Shown one piece after another: positions 56,076 through 64,000 of a stretch of DNA of 64,000 nt (position 1 is the stretch's first letter; the number at the start of each line of letters is the position of its first letter). The stretch lies in contig JBDRNU010000025.1 in assembly GCA_043810775.1 (NCBI GenBank), forward strand, positions 59,153 to 123,152. Direction: 5' to 3'. Source of the DNA: an archaeon (GTDB taxonomy: Archaea > Nanobdellota > Nanobdellia > Pacearchaeales > GW2011-AR1). A program made the position numbers and the translations under genes. The notes under the pieces are model-generated. The model searched no databases. It was given only the letters and a program-made list of their open reading frames with translations, and was not told the origin of the DNA.

Positions 56076-57899
56076 ATGATAAAGACTTTGATAGGGATTG
56101 TACTTTTTTTATCACCTTTGCTGTTATTAGCTAGGTTTAATGGAAAGAAGATTGGTTTTGCCTATATTTTAAGCTTTATGATTTTTTTCCATTTGATTTT
56201 GGCGCTTATTACACAGCTTTTTGGAATTTTTAGCTATGCGGTTATTTTGATTGCTAATTTAGCTGTGTTTTTTATTGTATTAAGATTTTCAAACTTCAGG
56301 AATTTTAGAAAGATTAACCTTAAAAAAGTTGACTTTGTTATGATTGCAGTAATACTTATTTCTTTTGTAAGCCTTTTCTCAGTTCATTATAATTATACTG
56401 GGGAGTATACTGTTCTTACAACGACTGAATATCAGTATAGCGAGAATCTTACATATCAATATCCTTATTTTTCAGATGAATGGCAGTCTATTTCTTTTAT
56501 TAAATATTCTTTTGACACTGGAAAGCTACCTTTTGTCAATCCTTTTTTAGCGGATAAGCCTTTCAGACGGGTATTACAATTTGGAACTTTTTCGCTTAGT
56601 TCTGAAGTAATGATGATTTTATCACTAGACCCTTTAAATGATTTTGTAGTTGTCAGCGTGTTTGTAAATATACTGGTAATTCTCCTTATTTATTTGTTTT
56701 TAAGATTTAATAAAGTGGAAAAACTGCCAGCTAGTCTTGCTTGTTTGACTGGGTTATATATTGCTAATGGAGTAAGCTTTCCAACTATTTGGAATTTACT
56801 CCCATTTAGTTATGCTTTAATAGTTTTTATTCTAAGCTTGTTTTTTATTTCCATAAATAATGAAAAGATGCTTTTATTATTGGCTACTCTTATGCTGGTA
56901 TTTTATCCACCTATATTTATTTTTTATATACTTGGGTATTTTATAAGAAAAAAATCTTTTAAGGATGTGGCTTTACACATTGTTTATATTGGAATTATTG
57001 AGTTGGCTTCGCTTTTTATTTTTCATTCATTAAGCTACTTGTTTGTTTTTTTTGGGGATAATTTATTTGCTTTTGTGAAAGGTGTTTTTCTTTATTATTT
57101 TGATAAGTTATTTTTTGTTTCTAGTTCAGGAGAGTATTTTGTTCCTTATTTAGGGGATTATAAAATTAAACTTCCTATTTTTATGGTTTTGCCATGGATT
57201 GTTTTGGTTTTTTCAGCTTTAGGCATTTTCAGCACTATAAAGAGAAAGTTTTGGCTTTTTTCAACGCTTGCCCTGGCCTTGTTTTCCTGGATTTTATATT
57301 CTTTTATTAGTTTTAGGATTATTATGAGCTATCAAAGAGTTGTTTATCTTGCTTGTGTATTACTAGTGATTTATGCTGGTTTTGGGCTAGATTTTGCTTT
57401 TAGAAGCCTGAAAAAAAATAAATTCTTCATTAATAGTAAAATAATGGAACTGGCAATGATTTTTGCTTTAATTTTGTTGTTTATCTCACCTTTTATCGGA
57501 TATTATACTTCAAGAGACAACTGGAAAGAGTTTAAAGCTGTTCTGAAAACTGATTTTGGCGAAATTGCTTATTTGCCTGCTGCTCCTGCAAATATATATC
57601 TGAAAGAAGATGATTTGAGATTGTTTAAAGATATTCATAATGTGAATTTCTTAAGTCATCCCTGGAAAGGATTGGTTATTGGAACTGCTAGTGATAACTA
57701 TCCTGTTTGCTCAAAATCAGGAATTTTTAATATTAATGAGGGATTATATTCTGAATTTATGGAACAGGATTGCAATAAGAAGAGTGAGATTGCTAGAAAT
57801 TATAATGTGACTTATGTTTATTCATCAGAGTTTGCATGCCCTGGCTTTGAGGAAGTTGGCAGGAGTGAGGAGGGTTTTGTGCTGTATAAAGTTAGTTAA
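56076..57899 (+). CDS. Polytopic membrane protein, probable GT-C-type glycosyltransferase
   Basis: More than 10 TM helices, SDEW motif in the first large loop, soluble C-terminal domain; next to glycan genes. Confidence 0.55.
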   Translation: MIKTLIGIVLFLSPLLLLARFNGKKIGFAYILSFMIFFHLILALITQLFGIFSYAVILIANLAVFFIVLRFSNFRNFRKINLKKVDFVMIAVILISFVSLFSVHYNYTGEYTVLTTTEYQYSENLTYQYPYFSDEWQSISFIKYSFDTGKLPFVNPFLADKPFRRVLQFGTFSLSSEVMMILSLDPLNDFVVVSVFVNILVILLIYLFLRFNKVEKLPASLACLTGLYIANGVSFPTIWNLLPFSYALIVFILSLFFISINNEKMLLLLATLMLVFYPPIFIFYILGYFIRKKSFKDVALHIVYIGIIELASLFIFHSLSYLFVFFGDNLFAFVKGVFLYYFDKLFFVSSSGEYFVPYLGDYKIKLPIFMVLPWIVLVFSALGIFSTIKRKFWLFSTLALALFSWILYSFISFRIIMSYQRVVYLACVLLVIYAGFGLDFAFRSLKKNKFFINSKIMELAMIFALILLFISPFIGYYTSRDNWKEFKAVLKTDFGEIAYLPAAPANIYLKEDDLRLFKDIHNVNFLSHPWKGLVIGTASDNYPVCSKSGIFNINEGLYSEFMEQDCNKKSEIARNYNVTYVYSSEFACPGFEEVGRSEEGFVLYKVS

Positions 57900-57901
57900 A
57901 A

Positions 57902-58282
57902 ATGGAAATTGACATTAAAACTAGCAAAAGAGAAGAAATTATAGATATAACTGGAGAAATTGAGAGAGTTGCTGAAGGCAGAAAAGGGAGTATTTGCTTA
58001 GTTTATTGCCAGCATACTAGTGCAGGAGTTATGTTAAATGAGGCTTATGACCCTGGAGTTGTTGAGGATTTGCTTGATTTTCTAGGGAAAATATCTCCTA
58101 AGAGCAGTAATTTTAGGCATAAGGAAGGGAATTCTGATGCTCATATTAAGGCAATGCTTGTTGGAAGTTCAGTTAGTATTCCTTTAAGTGACGGAAAGCT
58201 AGGAATTGGGAAGTGGCAGAGGGTCTTGTTTGGAGAGTTTGACGGGCCTAGAGGGAGAAAAATTATAGTTAAAATTATTTAA
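57902..58282 (+). CDS. yjbQ: YjbQ/UPF0047 family protein
   Basis: HTSAG..NE..DP, HKEGNSDAHIKA, GKWQ..EFDGPR. Confidence 0.9.
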   Translation: MEIDIKTSKREEIIDITGEIERVAEGRKGSICLVYCQHTSAGVMLNEAYDPGVVEDLLDFLGKISPKSSNFRHKEGNSDAHIKAMLVGSSVSIPLSDGKLGIGKWQRVLFGEFDGPRGRKIIVKII

Positions 58283-58931
58283 AAATTTCGCCTGTTTCCA
58301 GACTCCATAAAAGAAGGTCAAGCTCGTCAAGCGGAATCTTAATTTTTTTAGAGAAATTTTTCATTAGTTTTTCAATTAAAAGGTAGTTATTTTTATTTAA
58401 ATCAGGGATATTTTGAATAACTTTTAGTGCAATTAGGTTTTTTAGTATGTGCCTGTCAAGAATTGCAAGTTGATTTTTGCTTTTTCCTATGTTGCGAATA
58501 AAATGAGATGCTTCTTTCATGCCTAACCCTTTGATATTTTTAGCTAGAAACTCGCGTAAATATATGGGATTTTTTTCCATATATATTATTTTTTCAGTGT
58601 TTTTCCAATTTTTTGCCAGTTCAAGGATATAGGCTGTCTTATTTTTATAGAATCGTGTATTTCTTTTAAGGCAGGATTTTATTTTTATCGACGGTGTTAT
58701 TAAAATTGCCTGATGATACTCTTTATCTTGGATATTTCTAGAGCATTTCTTTAGTTCTTGCACTGCATCCCAGCACTTTTTGGCATTACTTTGGGGAGTG
58801 AGAAGACAAAATATCAACTCATAGAAGTATTCTTCCTGTCTAATAGCTGAGAATTCTTTAAGCCTTGATTTTATTGCATGCGACTTTTTTTTATACTCTT
58901 TTCTTAAAGTAAATTCAGTCAGTGTTTCCAT
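58275..58931 (-). CDS. ogg: 8-oxoguanine N-glycosylase/DNA lyase
   Basis: ELIFCLLTPQS, RFYKNK, IKGLGMKEASHFIRNIG, AILDRHIL, LDLLLW. Confidence 0.9.
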   Translation of the reverse strand: METLTEFTLRKEYKKKSHAIKSRLKEFSAIRQEEYFYELIFCLLTPQSNAKKCWDAVQELKKCSRNIQDKEYHQAILITPSIKIKSCLKRNTRFYKNKTAYILELAKNWKNTEKIIYMEKNPIYLREFLAKNIKGLGMKEASHFIRNIGKSKNQLAILDRHILKNLIALKVIQNIPDLNKNNYLLIEKLMKNFSKKIKIPLDELDLLLWSLETGEIFK

Positions 58932-59124
58932 CTTAAGATATTATGAGACATTTCTTGTATTTAATACTTTATACTTATATATTTTATACTTTTAGTATAA
59001 CTTTTAGCTATACTAAATAACATAAAAGTTTAAATAGATGTTTTTTATTATTTTTAAAAGGCTCTGTAACATAAAAGAGGAAATTTTTGTTACGCTACAT
59101 TAGAATTTATAGTCTATACTTCAA

Positions 59125-62100
59125 ATGGCTTATAAAAGGTATATAAAAAGAGGTGATAAGGTCTACGGACCTTATGTTTATGAAAGCAAGCGTGTTGGTG
59201 ACAAAGTTCTAGGAAGCTATGTTGGAAATGCCAGTGCTAACAGGAATAACAAAGTCAAGAAAATAAACAAATTCAATTTTTCTTTTAACAGGAAGGCTAT
59301 AAAGCTAGTCTTTATACTTCCCTTTTTATTTCTTCTTATTTTTTCGATGAGTTTTCTTAATAATCAGTATCATATTTTTTCAACAGGCAGAGTTACGCTA
59401 CAATCTCAACCAGTTTATAGCATTAATGAAACTATTTCTGGGAGCTTGAAAATTAATTTGAAGCCTGGTGAATTAATTCCTGCTGATTCTTTAGTTTATG
59501 TTAGGCTAGGAAGCCAAGAAAAAATTTTACTTTTAAGCCAGCTTTTATCTATTTCTACTGTTAGTGATGATTTTTTTGTTGAAAATGTTGAGATTGGGGG
59601 GAGTGGGGAGGGTTATGGATTTGAGGGTGAGAGAAAAATTTATCCTAATGTTTCTTTTGAATTTTATGTTTATCAGGCAGGGGGGGAAGTTGCAGAGTCA
59701 GAAAACGTTACAGAGCCTTTGAACGAATCTGTTTCTGAAGAAGTTCCTCCCTCTGTTCCTGAAGATTATGATAGTGAAGCTCCAGCTGAAGAAATTCCTG
59801 CTGAAGAAATTCCAAGTGAGGAAGCTCCAGCTGAAGAGCCTGCTGAAGAAGTTCCTGCTGAAGAAACTAAAGAAGCTGAAAAACAGGCTAAAGAAGAGGA
59901 AAAGTCAGAAGCAAAAGCTGAGAAAAATGAAGTCAAAGATGAAAAGAAAAGTAAAGATGTTAGTGATGAGGGTGCTTCTGAAAGTGGAAGCGAGAGTGGT
60001 GGTGAAGAGACAAGTGAATCTAGCGGAGATTCTGGAACTAGTGAAAGCAACAGTGATGGCGGAGAAGCTAGTATTACTGGCGGTGTAATTAGAGGCTTTA
60101 GGTCTTTTACTGGGAAAGTTATTGGATTGTTAATCAGGCCATTGATTTCTGAAAGTCAGATTAGTGGCAGGACTATTAGTGAAACTCAGATTATTAGTGC
60201 TGTTGTTTCTTTTGAAAATAATTATGAGTATGAGCTGCAAGAGGGGCAGACAGTTGAAATTGTTGATGGAAGCATTGAGTCTGGATTAGGGAGTTTAGGT
60301 TCTGATGCAGTTATTTTGGAGATTTCTAGTAGTAGGGCTGTTTTTAGCACTGAGTATTATGAATCTTTGTATGGTTTTGGTGAAGAGTATCTTGTTGATG
60401 AAACTGAAACTTTGAGCATTCCTCTTGAAAACTTTGGCATTGTTGCTGAAGTTGGAAAGTTGCATATTTCTCTTGATTATAATAATAAGAGCATTGTTTA
60501 TTCTGAAACTGAGATTACAGCTGTAGGAGCTAGTTCTGAGGATTATGCTAGTGAAGTAGCTGGGAGTGCAAATATTACTACTAATTTAACTTTTTCAGAT
60601 ATAACTGAAATTAATATTACTAGTAATATCAGTATTAAGCATTTAACAAATATTCCTGATTTAAATATTATGAAAAATAGTTTTGCTAGTTTGAATCTTT
60701 CTAATTATTTCAGTTCGCAATATGATATTAGTTATTCTGCTTTAGAAACTGAAAATATAAGTATTGTTATAGTTGATGATACTGCTACTATTACTCCTGA
60801 TACTGATTTTAGTGGCAGTGCTGTATCTAGGTTTAGTGTTAGTGTGGGGAATGAGAGCTTGGATAGCAATATTTTTAGCATTATTGTGTCAGAAGGCAAT
60901 ATTTCCATTATTACTTTGCAGTTTGATGCTGTAATTGGGCAGCAAGTTAGGTGGAAAAAATCTATTATTCTTGAGAATCCTGAAAATATCAGCATTCAGT
61001 TGCCTAAAATAGCTGCAAATGTAAGTGTGAAAAAGGTTATTGAGGGAGTATCTGAAGAGGCTGTTTCTTCTACTAATTTAACTGCTATTACTGGGATGGT
61101 TTCTTTGGAAATTGAGACTAAGAAAAAGGGATTAATTCCCAGATTTTTTAGCTTTTTGAATGGAGCTATTACTGGAAGGGTGGTTGAAGAAGTTTCTGAA
61201 GCTGAAATTAGTGATAGTGCGGAAGTAGTTGAGGTTTCAATTGAAGATAATGCTACTGAATATGAGATTGAGTATTATACTGAAGCGCCTGTTGCTTTTG
61301 TTGAAAATTTAAGCAATTATCATAAGATTGTAACTGTTTCTGGTCCTGATGAATTAGTGTATGAAAATGTTCTTACTTTTACTGAAGTTCCTGAGATTAT
61401 CAGGGCTGGAAATGAGGCTGTTATTAAAGTTTATTGGCTTTATGACAGTAATGGAAGTGTTGCTAGATTAGAGCATAATTTTTCTGCTTATGATAGGGAT
61501 AGTAACGGATTTATTGATTATGTATACTGGATTGCACCTCATTTAAGCAATGAGAGTTTCGAGGTGAGTATTTCTATTTTGAATATTCAGAGTTATCCTA
61601 TGGTTGGTGGAAACTGGAGTGTGATGTTTAATACTACTGGGGAAGCTGACTTGAAAATTTATGCAAGCAATGGGACAACCTGGACTAATTATTCTGATAT
61701 TGGATATGACTTAAGGTTTTTAGAGGTAAAATGCGGGCCTGAAATTTTAAATTATACTTGGGTTAGTGAAACTCCTGAATGCTTGAGTGATAGCTGTTAT
61801 GTATTGGTTAGCAATTATAGCTGTAATGAGACTGGCAATGAAACTAGTTTTGTTATAAGTGGTGGGAAGCATACTAAAAAGTTTGATTTTGGTGGGCAGG
61901 TGGCTTATGCTTATAATGCTGCAGGAGGAATTCCTGATTTGCTTTTGGTCAGCCCAACTCTTGCTGATAATACTAACACTTCTGGGACTATTTATATTAA
62001 TATTAGTATTACTAAGGGGACTAATAGTATTGAGGATATTAATTATACCTGGAATAATGCTAATTATAGCTTTTATAGTGATTCGCTGATTAGAATGTAT

Positions 62101-64000
62101 ACTATGTATTCTAGCCTTCTTGCTACGGTTGATGACAGCCAGTTAGGGCAAAATTTAAGCTGTACTCATATTAATTACTGCCCTACTTTTACAACTGGAA
62201 AGTATAATGGGGCTCTTGATTTTCAGCAAGATACTAGCAATGATTTTCTAGCTATTCCTCAAATTACACTAGCTGATAATACTCCCTGGACTATTCAATA
62301 CTGGTTTTATCAGGATACTGATAATGGGATGCCTATTGGAGATAGGAGTGATAATAATAATAGATTTTATCATGTTTTAAGTGGTGATTCTTATCTTCTT
62401 AATTTTCATAGCAATAGTGGGCTTTCTGCTTCTTTTAATTTTGGAGCTGACCCTAAAGGAGCTTGGAAACATGTTATTGTCACTTGCAATGGAGCTACTA
62501 CTGCTACTTGTTATTTTTATTTAAATGGGGCTCTTATAAATTCTACAATGGGAATAGTAGACACTAGTTTCTTGATTGATGGCTTGGGAAAGGCATATAC
62601 TAATGATAATTATAATTGGGATGGAAAGCTGGATGAGGTCCGAATATATACTAGATATATGGGTGCTACTGAAGCTTTGAAGAATTATAGGTTTAGTTTA
62701 GCTAAGTTAAGTGCTACTTCCTGGAATTTATATGCTTATGAAGGTACAGCTACTACTAATACTTATACTTTTCAGGGATGTGCTTCTGATAATTTAGGCA
62801 ATATTAATTGTTCTGGTATAAGAACTATTAATCCGGTTTATGTTAGCTGGGACAGTCCGGTTAGTAATAAGGTTTATTTTAATAATACTGTTGAAATTGA
62901 GATTACTAATGCCTCTAATTCAAGGTATGTTTGGTGGTATAATGGGACTAGTAATTTAAGCTATGTTAATCCAACTTTGCTTACTTTAGATGATGGAAGC
63001 TATACTTTATTTGCCTATGCTAATGATTCATTGAGGCTGGATTATAGTAATAGTATTAGTTTTAGCATTGCCAATGACAGTAGTATTCCTGGAATTAATA
63101 TCAGCTCTCCATTTAATACCACTTATTCTGTTTCAAAAATTAATTTTAATGTAAGTGGAAGTGAAAATCTAAGCTTTTGCAAGTTTAGCTTAGATAATTT
63201 TTTAAATAATTTTACAATGGCTAAATTGAATGCAACTTATTTTAGTTATACTAATGAAAGTATGCTTGGGGCACAGTATATTGCTAGTTTCTGGTGCAAT
63301 GATAGTGCTGGAAATATTAACAGCACTGAGGGTGTAACTTTTTTTGTTGGTGCTTCTGATGTAAATCCTCAGGTTGCATTTATCTCACCTACTCCTGCTG
63401 ATGAGATTATAACTAGTTCTGCTAGCCAGGATATGAGGTCTGGAATTACTAAGGCTACTTATGGCATTGCAAATATTAACTGGAGTTGGGATGGGGGTGG
63501 TTATAGCTTTTATGATGATAGCTTGGTTTTAATGCTAAATTTGGATAATAATACTGAAATTGGAGATAATTCAACTAAAGCTGTTGATAGCAGTAAGTAT
63601 GGTAATAATGGGAATATAAATGGGGCAAGCTGGAATGCAAGCGGAAAGTATTCCAAGGCAATGAGTTTTGATGGTATTGATGATTCTGTTAATTTCAGCG
63701 ACTCAAATTCATTAAGATTTAAAAGTTCATTTAGCATTGAGGTTTGGATAAAGCCTTTTACTGAATTGGACAGTCAACCTTCTTGGTTTAGTATTGTTTC
63801 TAAAGTTAATAGTACTACACCAAGAAGTGGGTATTTTTTGGGAGGGGATGGCATTGCTAGTGGAAATGGAAAACTTGCTTGTGGGTTTTATAATATAAGT
63901 GGAGATGTTAGAAATATTTGGCCTGTTAATTTAAATCCTGCAGCTAAAAATGAGTGGTCTCATGTTGTTTGTACGTATGACTATGATACTGGATTTATAG
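59125..64000 (+). CDS. Giant surface protein with LamG domains (runs off window; absent from ORF track)
   Basis: ATG 59125 MAYKRYIKRGDKVYGPYVYESKRVG, TM helix, PAEE repeats (about 59780-59870), LamG motifs GKYNGALDF, WDGKLDEVRIY, GKYSKAMSFDG; no stop seen in spot-checked in-frame segments up to 64000. Confidence 0.85.
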   Translation, partial: MAYKRYIKRGDKVYGPYVYESKRVGDKVLGSYVGNASANRNNKVKKINKFNFSFNRKAIKLVFILPFLFLLIFSMSFLNNQYHIFSTGRVTLQSQPVYSINETISGSLKINLKPGELIPADSLVYVRLGSQEKILLLSQLLSISTVSDDFFVENVEIGGSGEGYGFEGERKIYPNVSFEFYVYQAGGEVAESENVTEPLNESVSEEVPPSVPEDYDSEAPAEEIPAEEIPSEEAPAEEPAEEVPAEETKEAEKQAKEEEKSEAKAEKNEVKDEKKSKDVSDEGASESGSESGGEETSESSGDSGTSESNSDGGEASITGGVIRGFRSFTGKVIGLLIRPLISESQISGRTISETQIISAVVSFENNYEYELQEGQTVEIVDGSIESGLGSLGSDAVILEISSSRAVFSTEYYESLYGFGEEYLVDETETLSIPLENFGIVAEVGKLHISLDYNNKSIVYSETEITAVGASSEDYASEVAGSANITTNLTFSDITEINITSNISIKHLTNIPDLNIMKNSFASLNLSNYFSSQYDISYSALETENISIVIVDDTATITPDTDFSGSAVSRFSVSVGNESLDSNIFSIIVSEGNISIITLQFDAVIGQQVRWKKSIILENPENISIQLPKIAANVSVKKVIEGVSEEAVSSTNLTAITGMVSLEIETKKKGLIPRFFSFLNGAITGRVVEEVSEAEISDSAEVVEVSIEDNATEYEIEYYTEAPVAFVENLSNYHKIVTVSGPDELVYENVLTFTEVPEIIRAGNEAVIKVYWLYDSNGSVARLEHNFSAYDRDSNGFIDYVYWIAPHLSNESFEVSISILNIQSYPMVGGNWSVMFNTTGEADLKIYASNGTTWTNYSDIGYDLRFLEVKCGPEILNYTWVSETPECLSDSCYVLVSNYSCNETGNETSFVISGGKHTKKFDFGGQVAYAYNAAGGIPDLLLVSPTLADNTNTSGTIYINISITKGTNSIEDINYTWNNANYSFYSDSLIRMYTMYSSLLATVDDSQLGQNLSCTHINYCPTFTTGKYNGALDFQQDTSNDFLAIPQITLADNTPWTIQYWFYQDTDNGMPIGDRSDNNNRFYHVLSGDSYLLNFHSNSGLSASFNFGADPKGAWKHVIVTCNGATTATCYFYLNGALINSTMGIVDTSFLIDGLGKAYTNDNYNWDGKLDEVRIYTRYMGATEALKNYRFSLAKLSATSWNLYAYEGTATTNTYTFQGCASDNLGNINCSGIRTINPVYVSWDSPVSNKVYFNNTVEIEITNASNSRYVWWYNGTSNLSYVNPTLLTLDDGSYTLFAYANDSLRLDYSNSISFSIANDSSIPGINISSPFNTTYSVSKINFNVSGSENLSFCKFSLDNFLNNFTMAKLNATYFSYTNESMLGAQYIASFWCNDSAGNINSTEGVTFFVGASDVNPQVAFISPTPADEIITSSASQDMRSGITKATYGIANINWSWDGGGYSFYDDSLVLMLNLDNNTEIGDNSTKAVDSSKYGNNGNINGASWNASGKYSKAMSFDGIDDSVNFSDSNSLRFKSSFSIEVWIKPFTELDSQPSWFSIVSKVNSTTPRSGYFLGGDGIASGNGKLACGFYNISGDVRNIWPVNLNPAAKNEWSHVVCTYDYDTGFI

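Noticed and set aside
58960-59100. TATACT repeats and a small palindrome in the ogg/surface-protein intergenic region
   Set aside because: Very AT-rich divergent promoter region; cannot be distinguished from chance
59766-63737. Small ORFs in the track within the last 5 kb
   Set aside because: Alternative-frame or antisense products of the giant ORF starting at 59125
1-64000. CRISPR array, rRNA, DGR or retron
   Set aside because: No regularly spaced repeats, rRNA-like segment or reverse transcriptase seen; differences between duplicates did not look adenine-specific by eye

Overview
AT-rich archaeal chromosome segment. Archaeal-type pheS/pheT, Rpp30, DUF357, Ogg, BRE-TATA promoters, an A1-U72 tRNA-Gln, TrmB/tandem-Lrp regulators and giant LamG surface proteins point to a DPANN (Pacearchaeota/Woesearchaeota-like) genome; the lineage is inferred. 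The standout is a ~20 kb array (248-20307) just downstream of tRNA-Glu. Nine genes carry 11 complete phospho-His 'swivel' (PEP-utilizer mobile) domains, each behind a different variable helical domain. Only one ATP-grasp (PPDK_N) domain is present and there is no pyruvate/PEP barrel. Three modules are fused to an N-terminal HTH_17/MerR-like DNA-binding domain. Divergent phosphatase-fold proteins, a Cys-less isochorismatase-family protein and a tandem Lrp are interspersed. This suggests a modular rifampin-phosphotransferase-like dikinase or phosphorelay system working partly in trans (inference). Next come tRNA-associated mini-islands (APH kinase plus His phosphatase, TrmB, HEPN-MNT, RelE-AbrB) with interrupted tRNA 3' copies, then pheS-MazG-pheT, a 2546-aa surface protein and housekeeping genes. 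A surface-glycan locus follows, with five radical SAM enzymes and a poly-T-frameshifted sulfotransferase. The window ends in a second giant surface protein that runs off the edge.
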